The position numbers and the translations under genes are program-made. This document shows, piece by piece, positions 49,235 through 58,230 of a stretch of DNA of 64,000 nucleotides; position 1 is the stretch's first letter, and each line of letters opens with the position of its first letter. The stretch is from a virus. The notes below the pieces were generated by a model, which saw only the letters and a program-made list of their open reading frames with translations, did not search any database and was not told where the DNA came from. The stretch covers positions 32,001-96,000 of IMG/VR virus record IMGVR_UViG_3300007511_000004. One strand, 5' to 3'.

Positions 49235-49833
49235 TGGCAATTATTTACGATATTGAGACCCTAAGTCAAGACCAATATAGAGGCGTGATCGTATCCATGG
49301 CTCTCTTGGAGTTTGACTTAAATCGTCTTAAATACGGTAAACCTTATACATGGGAAGGTTTACTAGAGGATGTACAGCTCGTCAAATTTGATGTAGAATC
49401 ACAGGTAAAGAAGCACGGGCGACATATCGCGCCCGATACCCTAAACTGGTGGAAGGATCAACCGCCATCGGCCCAGAAGCAATTAGCCCCCAGTAAGGAT
49501 GATGTGTCATTATCTGAACTATATAGTTGGTTCATTAGTAATGTGACGGGTCCGGTAGATGTGGCGTATACCCGTAGTAACACTTTCGATCCAGTGTTTA
49601 TCCAATTCGCCTGCGAGCAATTTGGAGATACGATGCCTCATCCATGGTGGGTAACTCGAGACACCCGAAGCACTATCGATGGGATGGCATGGGGCGAGGA
49701 TATTAATAATAAATTCATTCCCGAGGGGCTAGAGGAAAAATTCATTGCACATGACCCAGCTCATGATATTGTAATGGATGTCATGCGGATCCAATATCTT
49801 TCGCGGATCCTAGTAGACGAAATCCCATTTTAG
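49234..49833 (+). CDS. dexA: DEDDh 3'-5' exonuclease (DexA-like)
   Basis: DIETL...FD...RDTRS...HDPAHD. Confidence 0.7.
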   Translation: MAIIYDIETLSQDQYRGVIVSMALLEFDLNRLKYGKPYTWEGLLEDVQLVKFDVESQVKKHGRHIAPDTLNWWKDQPPSAQKQLAPSKDDVSLSELYSWFISNVTGPVDVAYTRSNTFDPVFIQFACEQFGDTMPHPWWVTRDTRSTIDGMAWGEDINNKFIPEGLEEKFIAHDPAHDIVMDVMRIQYLSRILVDEIPF

Positions 49834-49841
49834 GAAAACGT

Positions 49842-50225
49842 ATGAGTAAAAGCCCGTTCGATTACCTAAACGCTATCAATATGAATAAAAAAGATATCAT
49901 GACAGATGATATCGATGAAAAGGCATATGTGCCATTTGTCGTTAACCGATCCCTTTCATATTTCCCTGATACCGTACTCTTTGCAAATGAAATGAATCAA
50001 AACCACCATTTGGATAATCGGCTTCAGTTCGATTTCTATCTTAATGGGATTCGAAAGAAGAAGCGATTCTCTAAGTGGGCCAAATCGAATCCTCATAAGG
50101 ATATTGATACGGTAAAAGAATCCTACGGTTATAATACTACTAGAGCACTCGAAGTATTGTCCATCCTAACAAAGGAACAAGTTGAGGCTCTAAGGGTAAA
50201 TCTTCGTGGCGGCCGAAATCCATAA
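49842..50225 (+). CDS. gp62: clamp loader subunit gp62
   Basis: PF.VNRSLSYF.DTVL.ANEMN...QFDF.LN.IRKKKRFSKW. Confidence 0.93.
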   Translation: MSKSPFDYLNAINMNKKDIMTDDIDEKAYVPFVVNRSLSYFPDTVLFANEMNQNHHLDNRLQFDFYLNGIRKKKRFSKWAKSNPHKDIDTVKESYGYNTTRALEVLSILTKEQVEALRVNLRGGRNP

Positions 50226-50236
50226 GATCCAATTTA

Positions 50237-50244
50237 TATAAATA
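50237..50244 (+). promoter_or_regulatory. T4 late promoter TATAAATA upstream of regA/kinase
   Basis: Exact consensus in AT-rich intergenic region. Confidence 0.55.
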
Positions 50245-50303
50245 ATATAGTCATGAAATATATCATGTAATAAATTATAAAATATAAGAAGCGGAATTCG
50301 ATT

Positions 50304-50726
50304 ATGGAAGAAAGTAAATTATACGAATGGGAGCCTAGAGCAATGCTTGAGGTAACCCTAGCGAACCCAGATGATTTTTTAAAAGTAAAAGAAACCTTGA
50401 CCCGTATCGGGGTGGCTTCTCGTAAGGATCGGAAGCTATATCAATCGTGTCACATCTTACACAAACAGGGACGATATTTCATCGTTCATTTCAAAGAGCT
50501 ATTTCTATTAGATGGTAAAAAGTCAAACCTAGAAGAGAATGATGTTGCTCGTAGGAATACTATTGCAACCCTTTTAAGTGACTGGGGCCTAATTGAAATT
50601 TCAACGGGTAATCCTCAGCTCTTAGCCCCATTACGTCAGATCAAGATCCTTTCATTTAAAGAAAAAGATCAATGGGATCTGTGCCCGAAATATAACATAG
50701 GCTCGACCCGGTCAGTTAATGCATAG
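50304..50726 (+). CDS. regA: translational repressor RegA
   Basis: DDFLKVKETLTRIGVAS...LYQSCHILHKQGRYFIVHFKELF.LDG. Confidence 0.97.
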   Translation: MEESKLYEWEPRAMLEVTLANPDDFLKVKETLTRIGVASRKDRKLYQSCHILHKQGRYFIVHFKELFLLDGKKSNLEENDVARRNTIATLLSDWGLIEISTGNPQLLAPLRQIKILSFKEKDQWDLCPKYNIGSTRSVNA

Positions 50727-50740
50727 GAAACTTACCAAAA

Positions 50741-51406
50741 ATGGACGACTTTAAAACCTTTATCCAAGAGGGGGTTAATGACCCCGCTATCTTTAAAGCA
50801 GTATTTTTGGCGGGTGGACCGGGATCAGGAAAAAGTTTCATTGTTGGTAGAACCGCCCTCAGCGCGCTGGGATTTAAAGTAATTAACTCTGATGATATAT
50901 TTGAAATTGCTCTTAAAAAGGCTAATATGAAGCCCGATCCTGAAACGATCTTCTCTCCGAAGGGCCAAGAGATTCGATCTAAAGCAAAAGCGCTTACTGG
51001 TAAAAAATTAGAATTAGCCCTTGACGGGAGATTGGGATTGGTCATTGACGGGACTGGTAAGAACTATGATAAGATCAGTAAACAGGCTACCGAACTGAGA
51101 AAACTCGGCTATGAAGTCAGTATGATCTTCGTCAATACGACAGAGGAGACCGCAGTCGCTCGCAACCACGAGAGGCCTCGAAGCTTACCGGATGACACCG
51201 TTAAAAGAATGTGGAAAGATGTCCAGAAGAATCTAGGTAAATTCCAAAGCTTCTTTCGTAATAAAATGTACGTAGTCGACAATTCCGAAGACGTAAACTG
51301 GCAGTCCGCCACACTTAAAGCTTATAAAGAAATCTCTAAATGGGCTAAGACGAAACCTGCATCTAAAGCAGCTAAAACCTGGATCGCTCACCAAAAGAAG
51401 AGCTGA
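50741..51406 (+). CDS. P-loop kinase (zeta-toxin/AAA_33-like)
   Basis: FLAGGPGSGKS, INSDD, LVIDGT, RN..RPR. Confidence 0.75.
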   Translation: MDDFKTFIQEGVNDPAIFKAVFLAGGPGSGKSFIVGRTALSALGFKVINSDDIFEIALKKANMKPDPETIFSPKGQEIRSKAKALTGKKLELALDGRLGLVIDGTGKNYDKISKQATELRKLGYEVSMIFVNTTEETAVARNHERPRSLPDDTVKRMWKDVQKNLGKFQSFFRNKMYVVDNSEDVNWQSATLKAYKEISKWAKTKPASKAAKTWIAHQKKS

Positions 51407-51453
51407 TGAATACCAGGTATTCAAAAAAGTGTTAGCTATACCATCTATAATTG

Positions 51454-51461
51454 TATAAATA
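51454..51461 (+). promoter_or_regulatory. T4 late promoter TATAAATA upstream of hsp20
   Basis: Exact consensus. Confidence 0.65.
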
Positions 51462-51465
51462 AAAT

Positions 51466-51522
51466 GAGTGCGGAATAATCCGGCTCGAAATAATCTTGCT
51501 TGATCAAAAGGAGATACACATG
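51466..51522 (+). promoter_or_regulatory. ROSE-like RNA thermometer in hsp20 5'-UTR
   Basis: 5' hairpin (51466-51486), then AUCUUGCUU (51493-51501) pairing with SD AAGGAGAU (51508-51515) with a bulged G (UUGCU motif). Confidence 0.6.
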
Positions 51523-51993
51523 ACAGGCGTACAATCACTATTCCCACGTTCATCTTTCGTTGGATTTGACCATTTACTCAATGAGTTAGAGTTCACTGCT
51601 AAACACGCTCAAGACCATTATCCCCCACATAATATCATTAAAACGGGTGATCAAGATTACCTAATTGAAATGGCTGTAGCGGGATTCGCAATGGATGAAC
51701 TATCTGTTGAAGTTAAGGATCGCACCTTGACCGTAACAGGGGAACATATTTCTAAGGGTCGGGAATTTATCTATCGTGGTATTTCCACAAAGAAGTTCAA
51801 ACGTACCTTTAGGCTGTCTGAACACGTAAAAGTAAACGGAGCAGATTTCAAAGACGGAGTACTGTCAGTAATTCTGAAGTACGAAGTCCCGGAAAATCAG
51901 CGTCCTCGTAAAATCGAAATCGGTCATTACGAGGAAATCACACATGACGCATCTAGTTCTAACACTAAACAACTACTTAACGAGTCCAGTTGA
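51520..51993 (+). CDS. hsp20: small heat-shock protein Hsp20 (IbpA-like)
   Basis: VGFD...YPPHNI...IEMAVAGF...YRGIS...F.RTF.L...DGVLSV...PRKIEI. Confidence 0.93.
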   Translation: MTGVQSLFPRSSFVGFDHLLNELEFTAKHAQDHYPPHNIIKTGDQDYLIEMAVAGFAMDELSVEVKDRTLTVTGEHISKGREFIYRGISTKKFKRTFRLSEHVKVNGADFKDGVLSVILKYEVPENQRPRKIEIGHYEEITHDASSSNTKQLLNESS

Positions 51994-52231
51994 ATACTTT
52001 CTATTAAAAGTAAAATCTATTGCTGGGCGGGTTTACGAAGCATTGATTCAAGCGCAGACTAAAAGAGCGCTTGTAGCTGTTCGCCAAGAATTGGCGAAAC
52101 ATCGAATGTATAAGGAAACCTATGATCAACTATGGAGGCTAAGGGATTCCGAATTGAAAGATATCGGTATCTCTCGTGGGGAAATCCACGAGATTGCCCT
52201 TCAAGCTTTTATAGACGAGAAAAATAGATAA
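51944..52231 (+). CDS. DUF1127 (YjiS-like) protein
   Basis: QLWRLRDSELKDIGISRGEI motif. Confidence 0.75.
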   Translation: MTHLVLTLNNYLTSPVEYFLLKVKSIAGRVYEALIQAQTKRALVAVRQELAKHRMYKETYDQLWRLRDSELKDIGISRGEIHEIALQAFIDEKNR

Positions 52232-52290
52232 ACTATGGGATGGGGCTCTCAGCCCTATCCTATCACACACACAACACATGGAGAAATACG

Positions 52291-52506
52291 ATGCAGGAAT
52301 ATGCAACAAATTTATGGATCAATGCGATCCAAGATACTAAAAAGACTTGGGTTAATACCTGGATTAAAGAGGAAACCATGAACAAACCTCTTAATGAATT
52401 CATTGTAGCCCAAACAGAGTTTACTAAAGAAGCTTTCAAACAGACTACTAATTTCGCGAACGCGGCGGGTGAGGCTTTCTCAAAAATGGTACAAGCCAAT
52501 GACTAA
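52291..52506 (+). CDS. hypothetical protein
   Basis: RBS GGAG before ATG 52291; helical small ORF. Confidence 0.55.
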   Translation: MQEYATNLWINAIQDTKKTWVNTWIKEETMNKPLNEFIVAQTEFTKEAFKQTTNFANAAGEAFSKMVQAND

Positions 52507-52717
52507 GAACCCCTTTGAAATCCGAGCTGATATAGTAGCATTAGCCAAGGAATATATGGATGCACAGCAGGACCTAAATCTTCGGCTCATCAATGATCTA
52601 TATGAGCAAGGGCAGAAATCCGCTGAAGAGGTTGCAAAGGCATATAAAATGTATTCCATGGAAGACCTTATGGGCAAAGCGAAAGAAATGTACGATTTCG
52701 TTTCTAAGAAAGACTAA
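52499..52717 (+). CDS. hypothetical protein
   Basis: KNPFEIRAD...AKEMYDFVSKKD; overlaps the previous ORF. Confidence 0.6.
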   Translation: MTKNPFEIRADIVALAKEYMDAQQDLNLRLINDLYEQGQKSAEEVAKAYKMYSMEDLMGKAKEMYDFVSKKD

Positions 52718-52770
52718 GCTGGCTGAAACTACCCCATAAGGGGTAAAAACAGCAGACTTATATAATAACG

Positions 52771-52799
52771 AAAAAGGGGGTTTACGCGCCCCCTTTTTT
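52771..52799 (+). terminator. hairpin terminator overlapping the gp43 promoter
   Basis: AAAAAGGGGG-TTTACGCG-CCCCCTTTTTT. Confidence 0.75.
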
Positions 52800-52809
52800 A
52801 GTGTATAAT
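52776..52809 (+). promoter_or_regulatory. sigma70-type promoter for gp43
   Basis: GGGGG-TTTACG-N17-TATAAT. Confidence 0.7.
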
Positions 52810-52834
52810 ACTCTTAATTAAAGGAGATATTATA

Positions 52835-55294
52835 GTGAGCTTTTACACATCAGTCGATGTCTATAATAATCGTGTTGTTTATCGAGGTTATACCGATAAC
52901 GGAACCCCGGTAAGCTACAAATATAAATTTGAACCGACCCTTTTCCTACCATCGACGGAAGAGACCGGGTGGCAATCTCTCGATGGGTATAATGTAAAAC
53001 CTCGACAGTTTACTTCACCGAGCGATATGCGAAATTGGATAAAAGCCAATGGGGATACTGATGGCTTTAAATATTATGGTTCTGACCGGCCGGTTATGCA
53101 GTTTATCCAGGATAAATTTCCAGGAGAGATCAAGTACAAAAAAGAACAGATCAATGTAGTCAATTTTGATATCGAGGTTTACTCAGAAGATGGCTTCCCG
53201 CATGCTGAAGAGGCATTGCATCCCATCACTGCTATCACTGCTAAATCCTCCCGTTCTAGCGTATACCACGTATGGGGTCTAAAAGATTATTCGGTAGAGG
53301 AATCCAAACACAAACAACTTATAATCCAGTATCACAAATGCGAGACCGAGGAGGAATTACTCTATAAATTCCTATCGTGGTGGAAAAAGGATTATCCAGA
53401 TATTGTTACTGGGTGGAATATTCGATTCTTTGATATTCCCTACGTCATTAATCGCATTGCCCGGATCGGATCCGAAAAGGCCGCTGAATCTCTTTCTCCA
53501 TGGGGGGTGGTTCGTCAGAAACAAGTCCAATTTAAAAATCAGAATATGGATTCTTATATGATCGTCGGGGTTAACCAGATGGATTATTATGACCTATTCA
53601 AGAAGTTTGGTTACAGTTACGGTCCTCAAGAATCCTATCGTTTGGATCATATTGCACACGTAGTATTAGGTGAACGCAAATTATCATATGAGGAATATGG
53701 TAACCTTCGCAACCTTTATAATGGAAATCATCAGCTTTATATAGACTATAACATCAAAGATGTGGAGCTTATTGAGCGGATGGATGAGAAGATGGATCTG
53801 ATCGGGCTTGCGTGCACTTTGGCGTATAAAGCTGGCGTGAATTTCACTGATGTCTTTGGTACAACCTCTATCTGGGATTCTATTGTATATAGAGAATTGA
53901 CCCCAAGGCATATCGCAGTACCTGCAATGAAAGCCCGGCACCGCATTGCCAACCAATCCGTGGGATTTGCAGGCGGGTATGTCAAAGATGTTAAACCTGA
54001 TATGTATGAGTGGGTGGTATCATTTGACCTAGCATCTCTGTATCCTAATATCATTGCTCAATGGAATATGTCACCCGAGACCCTTATAGATCATCCTCGA
54101 TCTGGTGATAATGTATCTCGTGCCGCAAACGGATCAAGTTATCTTAATGATTTCGAAGGGGCCTTTCCTCGGATCGTTAAGGCTTACTATGATGAACGCA
54201 AAGTCGTTAAGGAGGAAATGCTTGTTGCAATGAAACGCCAACAAGCAGAAGGTACGACTAAAGAACTTGAACGTGAGATTTCTACCGCCCAGAATAAACA
54301 GATGGCGATTAAGATTCTTATGAACTCGCTTTTCGGAGCAATTGGAAATAAATGGTATCGTTATTTCGATCTTAGGATTGCCGAAGGTATTACTTTAACT
54401 GGGCAGCATGTTATTAAATGGTGCGAACGCACGGTCAACGATGAGATCAATAAGATCTTGGGTACTAATGAAGATTATGTAATAGCAATTGATACCGACT
54501 CAGTCTATGTTAATTTCAAACCATTTATTGAAAAGTTCAAACCCGCTGATCCGGTGAAGTTCTTGGACGAAGTATGCCAAGATCATTTCAATAAGTTATT
54601 TGAACGATCAATGGAAGCCCTTTTCGAAGATAGTAATTGCTTCGAGAATCGAATGGATATGGACCGAGAGGTTATTGCCGATCGAGGGATTTGGCAGGCG
54701 AAGAAACGTTATATCCTGAACGTACACAATTCAGAGGGGGTTCAATATGAAAAGCCTAAGCTTAAGATTATGGGCATCGAAGCTATTAAATCCTCTACCC
54801 CCGAGCATGCCCGGAACTGGATGAAGGAGCTATTCCCGATCCTTATGACGGGTACCGAGAAGGAGACCCAGGATTATATCCGGGCTTGCAAAGAAAAATT
54901 CAAATCCCTTCGACCTGAAGAAGTGGCAGCGCCACGTGGTGTAAGCGATATTAATAAGTGGCAAAGCCGCGCAGAGATCTATGCAAAAGGTTGTCCTATT
55001 CACGTACGTGGTTCTTTACTTTATAATCATATGATATCTGATAAGGGTCTATCGGGGAAATACGACTACATCAAAAACGGGGAGAAGATTAAATATACAT
55101 ATCTTCGTAAGCCAAATCCTCTTAAGGAAAATGTAATAGCTTTCCCTGATTATCTTCCACCGGAGTTGGGCCTAGAGAGATACGTCGATTACGATCTACA
55201 ATTCGACAAGGCGTTTCTTGATCCGGTAAAAGCGATCCTTGATGCGATCGGTTGGAGAGCCGAAGAAACCGCAACCCTTGAAGCATTTTTCTAG
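52835..55294 (+). CDS. gp43: family B DNA polymerase gp43
   Basis: DIEV exo I, TGWN..FFD, SFDLASLYP, KILMNSLFG, DTDS. Confidence 0.97.
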   Translation: MSFYTSVDVYNNRVVYRGYTDNGTPVSYKYKFEPTLFLPSTEETGWQSLDGYNVKPRQFTSPSDMRNWIKANGDTDGFKYYGSDRPVMQFIQDKFPGEIKYKKEQINVVNFDIEVYSEDGFPHAEEALHPITAITAKSSRSSVYHVWGLKDYSVEESKHKQLIIQYHKCETEEELLYKFLSWWKKDYPDIVTGWNIRFFDIPYVINRIARIGSEKAAESLSPWGVVRQKQVQFKNQNMDSYMIVGVNQMDYYDLFKKFGYSYGPQESYRLDHIAHVVLGERKLSYEEYGNLRNLYNGNHQLYIDYNIKDVELIERMDEKMDLIGLACTLAYKAGVNFTDVFGTTSIWDSIVYRELTPRHIAVPAMKARHRIANQSVGFAGGYVKDVKPDMYEWVVSFDLASLYPNIIAQWNMSPETLIDHPRSGDNVSRAANGSSYLNDFEGAFPRIVKAYYDERKVVKEEMLVAMKRQQAEGTTKELEREISTAQNKQMAIKILMNSLFGAIGNKWYRYFDLRIAEGITLTGQHVIKWCERTVNDEINKILGTNEDYVIAIDTDSVYVNFKPFIEKFKPADPVKFLDEVCQDHFNKLFERSMEALFEDSNCFENRMDMDREVIADRGIWQAKKRYILNVHNSEGVQYEKPKLKIMGIEAIKSSTPEHARNWMKELFPILMTGTEKETQDYIRACKEKFKSLRPEEVAAPRGVSDINKWQSRAEIYAKGCPIHVRGSLLYNHMISDKGLSGKYDYIKNGEKIKYTYLRKPNPLKENVIAFPDYLPPELGLERYVDYDLQFDKAFLDPVKAILDAIGWRAEETATLEAFF

Positions 55295-55296
55295 TA

Positions 55297-55331
55297 GGGG
55301 GGTTTCTTTATCTAAGAAAGTATGATATAAT
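55297..55331 (+). promoter_or_regulatory. sigma70-type promoter (variant -35)
   Basis: GGGGGG-TTTCTT-N17-TATAAT with TG extended -10. Confidence 0.55.
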
Positions 55332-55365
55332 ATGAACATTCACAATGGGAAGAACGGAGAATTAT

Positions 55366-55776
55366 ATGTCTGATTGGGCAAATGATATTTATATGATGCA
55401 CAATAAATTTGGGGTGCGAGAATGGTTTGAGAAAAATAAAGACAATGAAGAATTGATGCGAGAATACCTTCAATTTCGAATGTCTATGATTATGGAAGAA
55501 TTTGTTGAAACCCTGGATGCTATTGAGGCTAAAGACCCCGAAGAAATTGTTGACGGTCTGATTGATCTATGTGTCTTTGCAATTGGTACCCTGGACGTAA
55601 TGGGCGTGGATGCGAATATGGCATGGGATCAGATCCATGAAGCCAATATGTCTAAATCGCCGGGCGTGAAGCCTGGCCGTCCGAACCCGTTTGGCATGCC
55701 GGATCTTCTTAAGCCTGAGGGTTGGGTAGGACCAAGTCATGAGGGAAATCATGGCGATCTCGCTCTCGTCGTTTAA
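55366..55776 (+). CDS. MazG-like/all-alpha NTP pyrophosphohydrolase
   Basis: EEFVE...EEIVDGLIDL...IHEANMSK...KPEGW. Confidence 0.8.
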   Translation: MSDWANDIYMMHNKFGVREWFEKNKDNEELMREYLQFRMSMIMEEFVETLDAIEAKDPEEIVDGLIDLCVFAIGTLDVMGVDANMAWDQIHEANMSKSPGVKPGRPNPFGMPDLLKPEGWVGPSHEGNHGDLALVV

Positions 55777-56677
55777 AAATCAATACGACAATAAACCTAA
55801 ACAAACGGATTTCTCAGATTGGAAACATTTTGAGAGATTCCTCTATGCCCTTGCTGAAAGACCGCTAGGAGGTAAAAGGGATGCAGAACTTATTTCTCCG
55901 GCTGTATATGAGCCTGGAACCAGACGCGCAAATAAAAATGTATTATCTTGGGCAGGCTGGTGTGCTGTTGATGTTGACGATATTGAACTTGGGGATGACA
56001 ATGTAAACGATTACGTTGACACCTTGTCCGATTGGCGTTACGTCTGCTATTCTACGGCTAGCTCTAAAGAAGAACAGCCTAAGTTTAGGATCGTCTTCCA
56101 ATTAGATCGAGACGTAGTAACTCAAGAGATTAAACATTTCTGGTACGCCCTCCAATCGTATTTGGATGAAGCTGGGGATAAACAGTGTAAAGATCTCAGT
56201 CGAATGTACTATGTTCCCGCAACGTATGATAGCGCGTTCAACTTCATTTTCAGTGGTGGTTCGGAGCCATTAGTGGTATCTGATCTACTTAGCAAATATC
56301 CGTATGTGGAAAAGAAAAATAGTAATAACTTTATAGATCGACTACCGGAGAAACTTCAGCGGCAGGTGATCGAACATCGTAAATCGAAGATGGAGGCAAC
56401 CCAATACAATTGGTCTGGATATACCGATTGTCCATTCTGGCCAACTAAACTTGCTAACGAGTATCGAGGGATCACTGGAACTGGTTGGTATCATAAGATG
56501 TATCAAATCATGGTAGCGATATCAGCCCGAGCTATTAGTAAGGGATACCCTATAAGAGCTGATCAGGTTGCAGAATTATGTAAGGAATTCGATCGTGAAA
56601 ATGGCAATTGGTACGAGTCTCGACCCCTAGAAGTTGAAGCCGATCGCGCGCTCGAGTACGCATATAAAAACATATAG
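55751..56677 (+). CDS. AEP-superfamily primase-like protein
   Basis: AVDVDD, YSTASS...PKFRIVF, D..CKD.SR.YY.P. Confidence 0.65.
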   Translation: MAISLSSFKNQYDNKPKQTDFSDWKHFERFLYALAERPLGGKRDAELISPAVYEPGTRRANKNVLSWAGWCAVDVDDIELGDDNVNDYVDTLSDWRYVCYSTASSKEEQPKFRIVFQLDRDVVTQEIKHFWYALQSYLDEAGDKQCKDLSRMYYVPATYDSAFNFIFSGGSEPLVVSDLLSKYPYVEKKNSNNFIDRLPEKLQRQVIEHRKSKMEATQYNWSGYTDCPFWPTKLANEYRGITGTGWYHKMYQIMVAISARAISKGYPIRADQVAELCKEFDRENGNWYESRPLEVEADRALEYAYKNI

Positions 56678-56710
56678 GGGGTTTACATTTAATTCGAACT
56701 ATGATATCAT
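56677..56710 (+). promoter_or_regulatory. sigma70-type promoter
   Basis: GGGGG-TTTACA-N17-TATCAT with TG extended -10. Confidence 0.7.
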
Positions 56711-56737
56711 AGTTATATCAAATCAGGAGAATATATA

Positions 56738-57292
56738 ATGTGGACTGTAGATGATACTGTCGCCTGTGACCGCCGGAGTTTTGAAGGTAAATCCGACGAA
56801 GTCAAAGCCTACATTGATGAAGTTGTAGCAAAAGCCGAAGCCATGGGCATGGTTGGAGATGGACGGTTTGACTTTGAAGTAGTGCACTACGTCAACGACG
56901 ATTACGACTTGAATGTAAAGTACGAATTTACTCGCACTGAAACTGAAAAGGAAACCGCTCGTCGTGAAGCTGCTGAAGCAAAAGAAAAGGCTCGTAAGGC
57001 TGCTGAACGTAAGAAAGCTAGTGAAAAGCGTAAACCGAAAAACGAAGCTGAATACGAAGAATTCTTGCGTTTGAAAGCCAAGTTTGAAGGAGCTCACTAT
57101 GGTATGTGGGCAATTGAAGCAAAAAGATTTGGTCACAATCCCGACTTCTTTTATATATCAGGATTGACTCAGGGTGAGTCTCGTAAACTTCATGCTCAGA
57201 TGAGTAACTCTGGTGAATGGGCATGTGTTCGAGAGATCTTGAGAGATGTCGTCAATGGCAAAGTGACGTGGGAGCGAATAACAAATCAATAG
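56738..57292 (+). CDS. hypothetical protein
   Basis: RBS AGGAG; charged coiled-coil middle. Confidence 0.55.
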   Translation: MWTVDDTVACDRRSFEGKSDEVKAYIDEVVAKAEAMGMVGDGRFDFEVVHYVNDDYDLNVKYEFTRTETEKETARREAAEAKEKARKAAERKKASEKRKPKNEAEYEEFLRLKAKFEGAHYGMWAIEAKRFGHNPDFFYISGLTQGESRKLHAQMSNSGEWACVREILRDVVNGKVTWERITNQ

Positions 57293-57330
57293 CAAAGATC
57301 TGCTGACAAAACTAGTAGAGAAGTAGTAAT

Positions 57331-57834
57331 ATGATTTTTAATACTAACAGCCTTTCAGATGCTGATTGGGTCAAACTGGATAAAGAGATGATCAGTGAAG
57401 CCAATCGCATTTATACGAGTCCGAAAGCCCGCCGTGGCAGATCTCCAGAAGAAGTATGGGCATGTGTCCGAAAGGGTCGCCCAGCAGAATATTTCTTGAG
57501 GAAAACCTTTAACTGGGCTGACGATCCTCGGGGATATCACGATTTACTTAGTCACGTAGGATTAAGCATAGAAGTAAAATGTTGGGATGAGTGGTGGATA
57601 TCTCGGAACATAATCCAGCTATCCGAAACGCGCGCGAAGGGCACCTGGTTTAAATCTGATTGGGTATTCGTATTTACATGTGATGTGAAAAATGAAAAAT
57701 ACACATTATATGATATATACGAATGGAACCCAACACTTGAGACTTTTATTCCCGGCAAATTTGACTGGCCTGCTGAATATGAAGTTCATGAATCCCTAGA
57801 AGCAGACCGCAAATTTTTGGAGGAGATAGAATGA
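57331..57834 (+). CDS. hypothetical protein, possible PD-(D/E)xK nuclease fold
   Basis: AE...HDLL...IEVK pattern. Confidence 0.4.
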   Translation: MIFNTNSLSDADWVKLDKEMISEANRIYTSPKARRGRSPEEVWACVRKGRPAEYFLRKTFNWADDPRGYHDLLSHVGLSIEVKCWDEWWISRNIIQLSETRAKGTWFKSDWVFVFTCDVKNEKYTLYDIYEWNPTLETFIPGKFDWPAEYEVHESLEADRKFLEEIE

Positions 57835-58013
57835 AATATTATTACGGCAAGGTTGTGGAGGCGGACGACGGTGAGTTAATGATCGAGTTTCCCGACGATC
57901 TAATGGAAAAACTGGCATGGGAAGAGGGCACAAGAATTAACTGGACTGATAATGGCGATGGTACCTGGACAGTCACAGCAGGCCCTGAAGAGGATAAAAA
58001 GAATGAAGAATAG
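57831..58013 (+). CDS. AbrB/MazE-like small DNA-binding protein
   Basis: GELMIEFPDDLMEKLAWEEGTRINW swapped-hairpin pattern. Confidence 0.65.
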   Translation: MKYYYGKVVEADDGELMIEFPDDLMEKLAWEEGTRINWTDNGDGTWTVTAGPEEDKKNEE

Positions 58014-58230
58014 AAGAAAGAGGCCTGGACTGATAACTCGTCTTTTCACAGACCTGTATACCGTAACACTCTACATAGAAGAGGACGGTGTGACAACCCA
58101 GACAATTTATAGACTGAAAGAGCTTAAAAAGATTAACTCCCATTATCTAAAGGGCGTGCTTGAAGATGGAACCGAAATCGAGTTTCGAATGGAGAAATCC
58201 TTTGATTATAAGGTGGTGAAACATTACTAA
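58003..58230 (+). CDS. hypothetical protein
   Basis: ORF coupled to kdsA (TAATG). Confidence 0.5.
   Translation: MKNRRKRPGLITRLFTDLYTVTLYIEEDGVTTQTIYRLKELKKINSHYLKGVLEDGTEIEFRMEKSFDYKVVKHY

Noticed and set aside
56738-57292. Possible fusion of two small genes (internal AAGGAG before MWAIEAK)
   Set aside because: Cannot be distinguished from a single ORF without homologues.
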